DNA from: an uncultured bacterium
GTDB lineage: Bacteria > Patescibacteriota > Minisyncoccia > Phycocordibacterales > UBA6065
Direction: 5' to 3'
DNA: 64,000 nt
Assembly (NCBI GenBank): GCA_963841935.1
Contig: CAWJEP010000005.1
Span: 164,003-228,002, forward strand
Positions 55,260 to 64,000 of this stretch are shown here, in pieces (within the stretch, counting starts at the first letter, position 1; each line of letters starts with the position of its first letter). The position numbers were made by a program, and so were the translations under genes. The notes under the pieces are model-generated. The model was not told the DNA's origin. It was given only the letters and a program-made list of their open reading frames with translations, and did not search any database.

Positions 55260-58200
55260 TTAACAATTCCAAATCACTCCGTTTATATCCATAATCGACG
55301 CGGCCGGCATTCCATTGACTGTTTTTATTGAAGTTTTATCGAGATTGTTTATTGTTTTTAGTTCCACGACGCAAACAGATGGGCTGACCGAAGGTGAGAT
55401 ACTCGGTGACGGGCTGACGCTTGGACTGGGAGAAACGCTCGGTGAAATTGACGGTGATGGACTGATTGATGGTGAAGCTGATGGACTTGGAGAAGTGCTC
55501 GGTGAGAGTGACGGTGAAAGTGACGACAAAGGTGACGGTGATATGGATGGCGATATCGATGGAGATTCGGATGGAGAGATAGATGGACTAAGAGACGGCG
55601 AAGGGCTGACGCTCGGTGACAAAGATGGGCTCGGACTGACAGATGGAGATACCGAGGGTGAAAGGCTTGGGCCGATGGACGGCGAAAGTGACGGCGAAAG
55701 TGATGGGCTGATACTCGGCGAGAGACTTGGCGAGAGAGACGGTGATGGAGAAACTGACGGGGAAACTGAAGGACTTAAACTTGGACTAAGAGATGGTGAG
55801 GGCGAAACCGAAGGAGAAATGCTCGGAGAAAGCGATGGTGAAAGTGATGGGCTCGGACTAACTGAAGGTGAAATGCTCGGCGAGAGAGACGGGCTGAGTG
55901 ACGGCGACAAACTCGGCGAAAGTGAAGGACTTGGAGATACGGACGGCGAAACGGACGGAGAAATACTCGGCGAGAGAGATGAACCAGCTGAAGGAGAAAC
56001 CGAGGGAGAGATACTTGGCGAAAGTGACGGACTTGGGGAAACGGACGGCGAAACCGAAGGTGAAATGCTTGGCGAGAGTGATGGGCTTGGCGAAACCGAC
56101 GGCGAAATACTCGGTGAAAGTGAAGGAGAAAGTGACGGAGACAAACTCGGCGAGAGAGACGGCGATGGAGAAACTGACGGACTAACTGAAGGACTTAAAG
56201 ATGGCGAGAGCGAGGGACTTGGTGAAGTCGAAGGTGAAACGCTTGGGCTAAGCGAAGGTGAAAGAGACGGCGAGAGACTCGGCGATAGACTTGGGCTCGG
56301 TGAAACTGAGGGTGAAACCGACGGAGAAATACTTGGCGAGAGTGAAGGGCTTGGACTAACCGATGGTGAAATACTTGGTGAAAGAGATGGAGACAAACTT
56401 GGCGAGAGACTCGGCGAAATGCTCGGGCTCGGTGAGACCGAAGGGCTGACTGATGGTGAGATGCTCGGTGAGAGTGATGGCGAAGGTGAAACCGATGGTG
56501 AGATCGATGGTGAGAGAGATGGACTAAGTGATGGAGAAAGTGATGGCGATATCGAAGGGCTTGGACTGACTGATGGTGAGACCGAAGGACTCAAACTCGG
56601 TGACAGAGACGGTGATGGCGAAACCGACGGCGAAATACTCGGTGAAAGTGAAGGAGAAAGTGACGGAGACAAACTTGGCGAGAGAGACGGCGATGGAGAA
56701 ACTGACGGACTAACTGAAGGACTTAAAGATGGCGAGAGCGAGGGACTTGGTGAAGTCGAAGGTGAAACGCTTGGGCTAAGCGAAGGTGAAAGAGACGGCG
56801 AGAGACTCGGCGATAGACTTGGGCTCGGTGAAACTGAGGGTGAAACCGACGGAGAAATACTTGGCGAGAGTGAAGGGCTTGGACTAACCGATGGTGAAAT
56901 ACTTGGTGAAAGAGATGGAGACAAACTTGGCGAGAGACTCGGCGAAATGCTCGGGCTCGGTGAGACCGAAGGGCTGACTGATGGTGAGATGCTCGGTGAG
57001 AGTGATGGCGAAGGTGAAACCGATGGTGAGATCGATGGTGAGAGAGATGGACTAAGTGATGGAGAAAGTGATGGCGATATCGAAGGGCTTGGACTGACTG
57101 ATGGTGAGACCGAAGGACTCAAACTCGGTGACAGAGACGGTGATGGCGAAACCGACGGCGAAATACTCGGTGAAAGTGAAGGAGAAAGTGACGGAGACAA
57201 ACTTGGCGAGAGAGACGGCGATGGAGAAACTGACGGACTAACTGAAGGACTTAAAGATGGCGAGAGCGAGGGACTTGGTGAAGTCGAAGGTGAAACGCTT
57301 GGGCTAAGCGAAGGTGAAAGAGACGGCGAGAGACTCGGCGATAGACTTGGGCTCGGTGAAACTGAGGGTGAAACCGACGGAGAAATACTTGGCGAGAGTG
57401 AAGGGCTTGGACTAACCGATGGTGAAATACTTGGTGAAAGAGATGGAGACAAACTTGGCGAGAGACTCGGCGAAATGCTCGGGCTCGGTGAGACCGAAGG
57501 GCTGACTGATGGTGAGATGCTCGGTGAGAGTGATGGCGAAGGTGAAACCGATGGTGAGATCGATGGTGAGAGAGATGGACTAAGTGATGGAGAAAGTGAT
57601 GGCGATATCGAAGGGCTTGGACTGACTGATGGTGAGACCGAAGGACTCAAACTCGGTGACAGAGACGGTGATGGCGAAACCGACGGCGAAATACTCGGTG
57701 AAAGTGAAGGAGAAAGTGACGGAGACAAACTTGGCGAGAGAGACGGCGATGGAGAAACTGACGGACTAACTGAAGGACTTAAAGATGGCGAGAGCGAGGG
57801 ACTTGGTGAAGTCGAAGGTGAAACGCTTGGGCTAAGCGAAGGTGAAAGAGACGGCGAGAGACTCGGCGATAGACTTGGGCTCGGTGAAACTGAGGGTGAA
57901 ACCGACGGAGAAATACTTGGCGAGAGTGAAGGGCTTGGACTAACCGATGGTGAAATACTTGGTGAAAGAGATGGAGACAAACTTGGCGAGAGACTCGGCG
58001 AAATGCTCGGGCTCGGTGAGACCGAAGGGCTGACTGATGGTGAGATGCTCGGTGAGAGTGATGGCGAAGGTGAAACCGATGGTGAGATCGATGGTGAGAG
58101 AGATGGACTAAGTGATGGAGAAAGTGATGGCGATATCGAAGGGCTTGGACTGACTGATGGTGAGACCGAAGGACTCAAACTCGGTGACAGAGACGGTGAT

Positions 58201-60012
58201 GGCGAAACCGACGGCGAAATACTCGGTGAAAGTGAAGGAGAAAGTGACGGAGACAAACTTGGCGAGAGAGACGGCGATGGAGAAACTGACGGACTAACTG
58301 AAGGACTTAAAGATGGCGAGAGCGAGGGACTTGGTGAAGTCGAAGGTGAAACGCTTGGGCTAAGCGAAGGTGAAAGAGACGGCGAGAGACTCGGCGAAAT
58401 GCTCGGGCTCGGTGAGACCGAAGGGCTGACTGATGGTGAGATGCTCGGTGAGAGTGATGGCGAAGGTGAAACCGATGGTGAGATCGATGGTGAGAGAGAT
58501 GGACTAAGTGATGGAGAAAGTGATGGCGATATCGAAGGGCTTGGACTGACTGATGGTGAGACCGAAGGACTCAAACTCGGTGACAGAGACGGTGATGGCG
58601 AAACCGACGGCGAAATACTCGGTGAAAGTGAAGGAGAAAGTGACGGAGACAAACTCGGCGAGAGAGACGGCGATGGAGAAACTGACGGACTAACTGAAGG
58701 ACTTAAAGATGGCGAGAGACTCGGCGATAGACTTGGGCTCGGTGAAACTGACGGACTGACTGAAGGACTTAAAGATGGCGAGAGCGAGGGACTTGGTGAA
58801 GTCGAAGGTGAAATGCTCGGCGAGAGAGAGGGCTGAAAGTGACGGCGAGAGACTCGGCGATAGACTTGGGCTCGGTGAAACTGAGGGTGAAACCGACGGA
58901 GAAATACTTGGCGAGAGTGAAGGGCTTGGACTAACCGATGGTGAAATACTTGGTGAAAGAGATGGAGACAAACTTGGCGAGAGACTCGGCGAAATGCTCG
59001 GGCTCGGTGAGACCGAAGGGCTGACTGATGGTGAGATGCTCGGTGAGAGTGATGGCGAAGGTGAAACCGATGGTGAGATCGATGGTGAGAGAGATGGACT
59101 AAGTGATGGAGAAAGTGATGGCGATATCGAAGGGCTTGGACTGACTGATGGTGAGACCGAAGGACTCAAACTCGGTGACAGAGACGGTGATGGCGAAACC
59201 GACGGCGAAATACTCGGTGAAAGTGAAGGAGAAAGTGACGGAGACAAACTCGGTGAAAGACTCGGCGAAAGACTTGGACTTGGAGATACGGAGGGTGAAA
59301 TGGACGGAGAAAGAGATGGAGAAATACTCGGACTAAGCGATGGACTAAGTGACGAAATAAACCATGTGATTTGAATGACTCCGTTTCCTCCCTGTCCTCC
59401 TGTGTTACCGTTTCTTCCCGACCCTCCACCACCGCCTCCATAGTTTGCTCCGTTAGCGCCAGTTGCGTTTACTCCTCCAGCTCCTCCGTTTCCGGCTGGA
59501 GTTCCCCCATTTGCTCCACCAGCGTGAGTTCCCGACCCATTCGCTCCGGTTCCTCCGTTTCCAGTGTTCCCGGCTCCTCCACCTCCTCCACCTCCGTTGT
59601 TGCTACCTCCGTTTCCTCCGTTTCCTCCGTTGTGTGACGTCCAAGTGACGACTCCGTTACCGGTTGTGTTGCTATTACCCCCGACTCCACGTGCGCCACC
59701 GGCGTTGCCTCCACCACCTCCACCGGCCGCCTCGATGATAAGAGTGTTGCCCGCAGTATTGAAAAATGTGGTTCCGCCAGCGCCGCCGGATGCGTTTGCG
59801 GTTCGTGTTCCGCCGTTTCCGGCGGAATAATTAAAAGCGATGTTCGGACCAGATATGGTTATAGTTGTCTGAGCCCAAGCGCCACCACCACCACCACTAC
59901 CGTTGTTGCCTCCACCACCTCCACCTCCACCTCCAATAACCTGAACAACCGCGGAAGTTGCTGTGGTGCTATTCCATGTACCGCTACCTGTAAGATTTGA
60001 TGTTGTCGCCAT
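55260..60012 (-). CDS. Giant Ser/Pro-repeat (mucin-like) protein with a Gly-rich N-terminal domain, about 1583 aa; one-base frameshift at ~58833
   Basis: ORFs 58690-60012 and 55260-58652 carry the same (SPSX)n repeat and join into one frame if C58833 is removed. Confidence 0.8.
55375..59355. repeat. Hierarchical coding tandem repeat (12-, 132- and 528-bp periods)
   Basis: Near-identical 528-bp units start at 56088, 56616, 57144, 57672 and 58200; the fifth lacks one 132-bp subunit. Confidence 0.92.
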
Positions 60013-60042
60013 TAATTTTGGTCGGAGGCCTTTGTTAAATTA

Positions 60043-61236
60043 CTACCGACTATCAAATGCTTTCCTTGTTTTATCTATAGACCATATATTTCCCGCTTCA
60101 TTTTCGCTGTATATATCAAATTCGAAAAGCGCGTCTTTGACACTCTGTCTATCAAAGTCATGTCCGCAAAGAATTTTTTTACACTTCGGATACCACGCGT
60201 TTAGGTCTCTTAAGACGGACTCTTTGTCATGAGCGCCGTCGATAAAGACCATGTCTATGGAGTTATCTTCAAAATGCTTCGCCGCCTCGGCGCTATCCAT
60301 TTTTAATATTTCGACGTTTTTGAAACCCGACATATTCCGTCTCAAATCCGATTCGGCGTCGGGATTAAATTTTGATTTCTGAGAGAAATTATCTACAAGT
60401 GTCACTTTCCCGGGACATCCGCTGGCGATGGCGTGACCGCTTTTTCCTTTCCAGCTTCCAATTTCAACGACCGATTTCATTTTTTTGGCCGTGAGATAAA
60501 GCCAGGTCATTTCCGACAAGAGCAAATACCCTTCTATTTTGGGGTCTTTATAATCGCTGATTTCCCAATTAGCCAAAGTTTTTATCATTCCTTTAACTTT
60601 TTGCTTGGTAGGTATTACATATTCATGCCACAGGTAGTTTCCTCCGGCGTTTATTTCCTGGGTCAGTTGTGTGACGGTTTTGAATTTCAACCCGTATTTG
60701 GCTATGTTTCTTGAAAGAGTGTAATCGTCAATGAGATGTTCCCGCGTAACAACTGTGTTTAACTCTTTCTGAATGGGAAAAATATTTCCAAGCGCCTCTT
60801 CGTAGGGAATATCAAGAGGGTGCCAGAGGTCAAGGCACCAATCCGAGGCAATGGTGAACCAGTTGCAAGAACCGATATTCCTGCCGTCACGGATGAAATA
60901 TTTGTCATAACGCGAACGGTTATTGGCCATGTCACAACCGTTATGAACCACGGTGTCTTTCTTGATAAAATTCGTCACATCAAAAAAATCCGGGTGAACC
61001 AGAGCGTCCGAGTCGATATAAATATTCCAATCGTTGCCCATTTTTTTGCCGAGCTCGTAAATTTGCAATTTTTCGTAAACCGGCGGCATATTTGGAAATT
61101 TGCGCTCGGAAATTATGTGGAAATCCGCTCCGATTTTCTCCGCGTAGCGTTTTATCAAGGGATAAGTAAGCTCTGTTATTTCCGGAGCGTAATTATCGAC
61201 GTTCAAAGTGAAAATTGTTTTTTTAAGTTTTGACAT
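60043..61236 (-). CDS. GT-A fold glycosyltransferase fused to a class I SAM methyltransferase
   Basis: YEKLQIY...YIDSDALV (DxD); C-terminal VEIGSWKG, VFIDGAH, GHDF. Confidence 0.75.
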   Translation of the reverse strand: MSKLKKTIFTLNVDNYAPEITELTYPLIKRYAEKIGADFHIISERKFPNMPPVYEKLQIYELGKKMGNDWNIYIDSDALVHPDFFDVTNFIKKDTVVHNGCDMANNRSRYDKYFIRDGRNIGSCNWFTIASDWCLDLWHPLDIPYEEALGNIFPIQKELNTVVTREHLIDDYTLSRNIAKYGLKFKTVTQLTQEINAGGNYLWHEYVIPTKQKVKGMIKTLANWEISDYKDPKIEGYLLLSEMTWLYLTAKKMKSVVEIGSWKGKSGHAIASGCPGKVTLVDNFSQKSKFNPDAESDLRRNMSGFKNVEILKMDSAEAAKHFEDNSIDMVFIDGAHDKESVLRDLNAWYPKCKKILCGHDFDRQSVKDALFEFDIYSENEAGNIWSIDKTRKAFDSR

Positions 61237-61237
61237 T

Positions 61238-61942
61238 TTATTTTATATAATTCCAATTTTTTAATTTCTCCCTGATTTTCTCGGCTCTGTCTTTTTCTTG
61301 AACCGAAAAATCATAATAAAAATATTCATCTCCGCCCCTTCCTATTTCATTGAGAAGGTTCACGAAAGTTTTGAATTTTATGCCGTATTTGGCGATATTT
61401 CTGCTTACAACGTAATCATCAATGCCTTGCTCATTGGTGTGTCCGGTCATTTCTTCACGGTGAATGATATTAATATTTTTGAGCGCTTCGGGAGCTGTCA
61501 TATCGTCAAGCGGTTTCCAAATCTCATGACATAGTGATGAAGCGACTGTTAGAAATGATGTGCTGTTTATATTTCTGCCGTCTCGTCTAAAGAAATTGTC
61601 GTAACTGAAACGGTTACCCGCGAAATCAACGCCGAAATTTAAAACCGTATCTTCTGGAAGAACTTCAGTTATGTCAAAAAGGTCCGGATGAACCAAGCAG
61701 TTCGGGTCGATGTAATAGTTCCAGTCATTATCCTTTCCAAGTTCGTAAATCTGAAGTTTTTCGTACATTACGGGGTAATTCGGAAACTTGCGTTCATTGA
61801 TTATCTTCAAATCCGCGCCAATTTTGTCTGCGAATCTTTTAAGAAAAGGTAAGGTAAGTTTCACTACTTCGATATCATAATTGTCAAAACCCAGCGTGAA
61901 AATGGTTCTCTTTAATTTTTTTTGTGGTTGGTCGGAGTACAT
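61238..61942 (-). CDS. GT-A fold glycosyltransferase paralogue (DxN variant)
   Basis: Collinear with both neighbours: TIFTL, KIGA, RKFP, YEKLQIYEL, YIDPN, SRNIAKYG. Confidence 0.7.
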   Translation of the reverse strand: MYSDQPQKKLKRTIFTLGFDNYDIEVVKLTLPFLKRFADKIGADLKIINERKFPNYPVMYEKLQIYELGKDNDWNYYIDPNCLVHPDLFDITEVLPEDTVLNFGVDFAGNRFSYDNFFRRDGRNINSTSFLTVASSLCHEIWKPLDDMTAPEALKNINIIHREEMTGHTNEQGIDDYVVSRNIAKYGIKFKTFVNLLNEIGRGGDEYFYYDFSVQEKDRAEKIREKLKNWNYIK

Positions 61943-61956
61943 ATATAAATTATTAA

Positions 61957-62649
61957 TTAATAACCCCAAGAACTAATGCGTTCCTTTATTTCTTTGATTT
62001 TTTTTTCTTTGGGGATACCGAACTGGTGGTATATAAGCCCATAATCCTGTAAGCCCCTCTCGACGAAGACATCCCTTAGGGCCTTATATTTTAGGCCGTA
62101 TTTGGCGATATTTCTGGAAATAAGATAATCATCAATAAGATAATCGGGTGTGTAACCTATTAATTCTTCGTTGTGCCAAGGGTGGAAACGGCTGAATATT
62201 TCTTTCTTGGTCAGATCGGTAATCGGCTCCCACATTTCGCGACACAGATTTGAAGCGAACATCATACAACTTCCCATAGACACGTGTCTTCCGGCTCGCA
62301 AAAAATAATTGTCGAGCTCGTAGTGTCCCTCCAGAGGATTTACTCCCCATGTTGAAACAGTGTCGTTTGAAATAACCTCGGTGATGTCAAAAAGTTTGGG
62401 GTTAATCAAAACATCGCAATCAAAAAAAAGTCCCCAATCAATATCTTTACTCAGTTCGTAGATTTGAAATTTTTCGTAAATAACGGGATATTCCGGAAAT
62501 TTTCTTTTGTTAATTTCCACGAACTCGGCGCCGATTTTGTCGGCATACATTTTCATATATGGATAAGTAAGCTTGGTTATATCGTCAGCGTAACCATCAA
62601 TATTGAGGGTAAAAATCGTTTTCTTGATTTTTCTAGGTATGTCATTCAT
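61957..62649 (-). CDS. GT-A fold glycosyltransferase paralogue
   Basis: TIFTL, KIGA, RKFP, YEKFQIYEL, FFDCD (DxD), IDDYLISRNIAKYG. Confidence 0.72.
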   Translation of the reverse strand: MNDIPRKIKKTIFTLNIDGYADDITKLTYPYMKMYADKIGAEFVEINKRKFPEYPVIYEKFQIYELSKDIDWGLFFDCDVLINPKLFDITEVISNDTVSTWGVNPLEGHYELDNYFLRAGRHVSMGSCMMFASNLCREMWEPITDLTKKEIFSRFHPWHNEELIGYTPDYLIDDYLISRNIAKYGLKYKALRDVFVERGLQDYGLIYHQFGIPKEKKIKEIKERISSWGY

Positions 62650-62791
62650 ATTATTTCTTAATAATTTCCCATTAATTCCCCCGTTCACATAAAGAAAAGG
62701 CAAGTTTATTTTAGTAAACCCGTGAACATATTGTAGCATTTTTAAAATCGGACCTTACATTACGGCATCGCCTTCACTCAGACTCTGGATT

Positions 62792-63757
62792 TCATTTGAT
62801 TTTCTTGATTTTATCCAAATCTTCCTGTTTCCAACCATTTACCGGCCAGAACTTTTCCAAGAGCCAGGACATGGGATAGATTTGTTTCGGCCAATTATTA
62901 TCAAAAAATAAATTCCAGACTTTCTTTTTTGTCTTTTGAACTTCGCTCTCGTGTTGCGGATATGGGAACCCGAAATCCCCGCCTTGTGTCCTGAACATAT
63001 GGGCATACCAAGTTTTATGATTGACGAGTACCCTGCCACCGGAGAGCCATGTCTTTACGGCCACTTCTATTCCCTGATTGCCCCAGTTGCCGAGTTTCTC
63101 GTCGCAGATATTGAGCTCCCAGTATTTTTCGCGAGTCAGCATAAAGCATGAACCTTGGAGCGACAGCGTTTCGGTTAAACCCGTTTCTTCCAAATCTTTT
63201 TTATATCCCGGTCTTTTGGTGTAGTCGTTGAAATATTGAAAATGCGGTTCGGCGTCGAAACTGTACGAATTGCTTTGAGGCCTTTCCTTGCCGACCCATA
63301 TCATTTTTCTCCTCATGTGTTTTTCGTCTCCGCATTGTTCGCATTTCTTCGGTGTCGGACCTTGATACTTTTTCCAACCGCACTTGTAGCATTTCCAATC
63401 AAAGGCCCAGAGATTTCGCATGGTCGGCACCATGGTCACGTTGTCCCCGACTTTCTTGAAAGCTTCTATCATTTTGCGGTCAAAACCTTTGTCAAAAGCG
63501 CAGTGAGCGTCGACTTTCATCACGTATTTGGCCTTTGAAAGTTTGCAGGCGAGATTGGCCGTGGCTCTTTGACCAATGGATTCCGGGACATATATGACGT
63601 TTACCCTCTCGTTTTGGAGCACGGGCGGGTCGGCCCACTTCCCATCCAAGACGACTATGACCTCCGTATCGGCTTCTATGTTGGCCAAAATGTCCTCTAT
63701 GGTCCTTTGGAGGAACATTTCATTTCTGGCGGGTATAAGTATGGATAATTCTTTCAT
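62792..63757 (-). CDS. GT2-like glycosyltransferase with polypeptide GalNAc-transferase-like motifs
   Basis: LSILIPARNE, VIVVLDG, DAH, GSCFMLTR, WGNQGIE...W..GG...HMFR. Confidence 0.8.
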   Translation of the reverse strand: MKELSILIPARNEMFLQRTIEDILANIEADTEVIVVLDGKWADPPVLQNERVNVIYVPESIGQRATANLACKLSKAKYVMKVDAHCAFDKGFDRKMIEAFKKVGDNVTMVPTMRNLWAFDWKCYKCGWKKYQGPTPKKCEQCGDEKHMRRKMIWVGKERPQSNSYSFDAEPHFQYFNDYTKRPGYKKDLEETGLTETLSLQGSCFMLTREKYWELNICDEKLGNWGNQGIEVAVKTWLSGGRVLVNHKTWYAHMFRTQGGDFGFPYPQHESEVQKTKKKVWNLFFDNNWPKQIYPMSWLLEKFWPVNGWKQEDLDKIKKIK

Positions 63758-63820
63758 AAATTAAGTTTTCCCAGATCGCCGTCTTCGTCTTGGTAAGTAA
63801 AACATTTAGTTTTATTTTAT

Positions 63821-64000
63821 TCAAGAATTCGCGTGGTTTTTTATGAAATCCAACAACACGCCGGTATCTCTTTGCCTTTGAGCTTTCATCGCTCTGTATT
63901 GTTTCAAAGGATTGGTTCTTTCGACTTCCGCGGTATATTCCATGTGAGTTTTGTCGTTTGTGATATTCATATCGCTGAATTCCACCTCACTTATATAAAC
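63821..64000 (-). CDS. 3' end of a gene that continues beyond the window
   Basis: Frame is open from 64000 to TGA at 63821, in the same orientation as the glycosyltransferase cluster. Confidence 0.4.
   Translation of the reverse strand, partial: VYISEVEFSDMNITNDKTHMEYTAEVERTNPLKQYRAMKAQRQRDTGVLLDFIKNHANS

Noticed and set aside
55315-58836. 1173-aa plus-strand ORF (GETEGLTDGE...)
   Set aside because: Shadow of the SP repeat. In this register a stop needs a Tyr, His or Gln codon on the minus strand, and the repeat has none, so the frame is open automatically.
58821-58840. Phase variation at the SP-gene frameshift
   Set aside because: The defect is one base, not a 2-nt unit of the adjacent short GA run, and the window has many other single-base indels. 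It cannot be fully excluded without reads.
55375-59355. Possible CRISPR array or non-coding satellite
   Set aside because: No constant repeat with unique spacers; variation follows codon positions, as expected for a coding repeat.

Overview
This window looks like the chromosome of a reduced-genome bacterium, most likely Patescibacteria/CPR (Parcubacteria-like). That is an inference from the shortened AspRS, AlaRS and L13, the split transketolase, few Shine-Dalgarno sites, and the baseplate-J-like and cohesin surface proteins. Bases 1-50 kb are mostly housekeeping: gap and non-oxidative pentose phosphate genes, recR/dnaB, seven aminoacyl-tRNA synthetases, murG/ftsW/dac, scpAB, grpE-dnaK-dnaJ, the infA-rpmJ-alpha operon-rplM-rpsI cluster, DNA repair genes and mnmA. 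Bases 50-64 kb are an accessory surface locus: two cohesin proteins, a dockerin protein, a Thr-rich protein, a ~1580-aa (Ser-Pro-Ser-X)n mucin-like protein, three paralogous GT-A glycosyltransferases (one fused to a methyltransferase), and a glycosyltransferase with the motifs of eukaryotic polypeptide GalNAc-transferases. Best candidates for novelty: (1) a possible mucin-type O-glycosylation system encoded next to its putative substrate; (2) a five-copy hairpin element whose loop is conserved while its inverted arms are locus-specific, with two copies translated in frame inside cysS and leuS; (3) many probable leaderless promoters; (4) a NUDIX domain inserted in LeuRS. Single-base frameshifts in essential genes (dnaB, trpS) and in dnaJ suggest residual assembly indels, so frameshift-based conclusions are provisional. 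No tRNA, rRNA, CRISPR array or transposase was recognised. All calls are from motif recognition by eye; no searches were run.
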